Shown here one piece after another: positions 31,315 through 32,000 of a DNA stretch of 32,000 nt. The stretch is taken from sequence record CM079450.1; one strand, given 5' to 3'. The notes below the pieces were generated by a model, which was given only the letters and a program-made list of their open reading frames with translations, searched no databases and was not told the origin of the DNA. Made by a program: the position numbers and the translations under genes. How positions within the stretch are numbered: the first letter of the stretch is position 1; each line of letters begins with the position of its first letter.

Positions 31315-31774
31315 CATTTATGGCTTTGCCATATATGGCTTTCCAAAAGAAATGACAAAAAAGGAGGGGCTTTATTTTTTAAGTAAAGGCAAGCATAAGA
31401 GAAAAAAAGGGGGAAAAGAAACACAAAAGAAGAGAGGGGTAAAGCGGGGAAGGGGTGTATTTACTAATAGCTGCTTCTTTTTTTCCCTTTGTTATATTTA
31501 TATGCTTCTATGCTTGCCCTTTCTTTTTCTCCCCTCCCCCCCTTTTATTTTTTTTGTGTATGGGCAACTGCCTTTTTTTCTTTTTAGCATAAAAAAGAAA
31601 AAAAGGCACTCCGCTTCCCCCCCCCCCCTTTTTTATTGCTAACCAATAAAAAAAGGGGGGGCTTTTTAGTAAAGTAAAGTATAAGCTTTGCTTATGCTTC
31701 CCCCTTCGGGGAGAAAAGCACCAAATAATTATTTGGTGCTTACAAATAATATAAGGCTGGAAAATAAAGCCTTT

Positions 31775-32000
31775 TTACTGTAAGAGAGAACACCAAATAA
31801 TTATTTGGTGCAAGGACCGGTTAATAGTTTGGTTATTAGAAGAATTGCCGTCAATATGGTGGAATTGAACAATATTTACTATAGGAGTACCACACCAATC
31901 TGGAATTTTACAAACTTCACACAAAATACCGCTATATTGTCTTAAATCAGCTAATTTTTGAGCTTTATTAACTGCTTTTTTAGATGGATATAACACTTTT
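31775..32000 (-). pseudogene. HNH-motif endonuclease ORF; 5' end lies beyond the window and the 3' end is replaced by a repeat (probable remnant)
   Basis: The minus-strand frame is open to the window edge (the track start at 31996 is GTG, and the preceding codon is AAA). The translation ...LCEVCKIPDWCGTPIVNIVQFHHIDGNSSNNQTIN shows a CxxC followed by HHIDGNxxNNxxxN, the first half of an HNH (beta-beta-alpha-metal) motif. Immediately after N, the sequence becomes the repeat ccggtccttgcaccaaataattatttggtg (translated RSLHQIIIWC) and then stops. The expected downstream NL...C/H part is therefore missing. Confidence 0.55.

Overview
This window reads as plastid DNA from a chlamydomonadalean (volvocine-type) green alga. 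The only recognisable genes are plastid genes. They are rpoA (+, 913 codons, greatly expanded), psb30/ycf12 (+), rps11 (-), atpF (-), atpH (-), trnM-CAU (-), trnS-GCU (+) and trnK-UUU (-). There is also a second trnS-like gene carrying a CCU anticodon (-), and an HNH-endonuclease ORF that runs off the right edge and is clipped by a repeat. By my coordinates these features cover only about one seventh of the 32 kb.

The rest is a dense mosaic of short dispersed repeats, mostly palindromic. The main units are a 34-nt GC-rich ggtccggtaggaaccggccggttcctaccggacc, a 20-nt caccaaataattatttggtg, a HindIII-centred ataagcWWWgcttat hairpin, a ccatcggc-GAA-gccgatgg hairpin, and AT-rich ttatatttcatataattatatgaaatataa units. 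These are nested into 100-150-nt palindromes, one perfect 120-nt palindrome and one inverted-repeat structure of about 1.1 kb. Short tandem arrays, poly-G/C tracts and a few repeat-free islands are scattered among them.

Repeat-bloated organelle DNA of this kind is established for Volvox carteri, so the phenomenon itself is not new. I cannot confirm the species without a database search. I found no supportable CRISPR array, defence system, transposase or biosynthetic cluster.

The most checkable oddities are:
- the CCU-anticodon trnS paralog;
- in-frame colonisation of rpoA by the same repeats that fill intergenic DNA;
- a shared CCGGTC junction and GCGAAGC-type triloop cores in the repeat grammar;
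- the HNH remnant truncated by a repeat;
- repeat-free islands of unknown function.

Nearly all other ORFs in the supplied track are translations of repeats on both strands.
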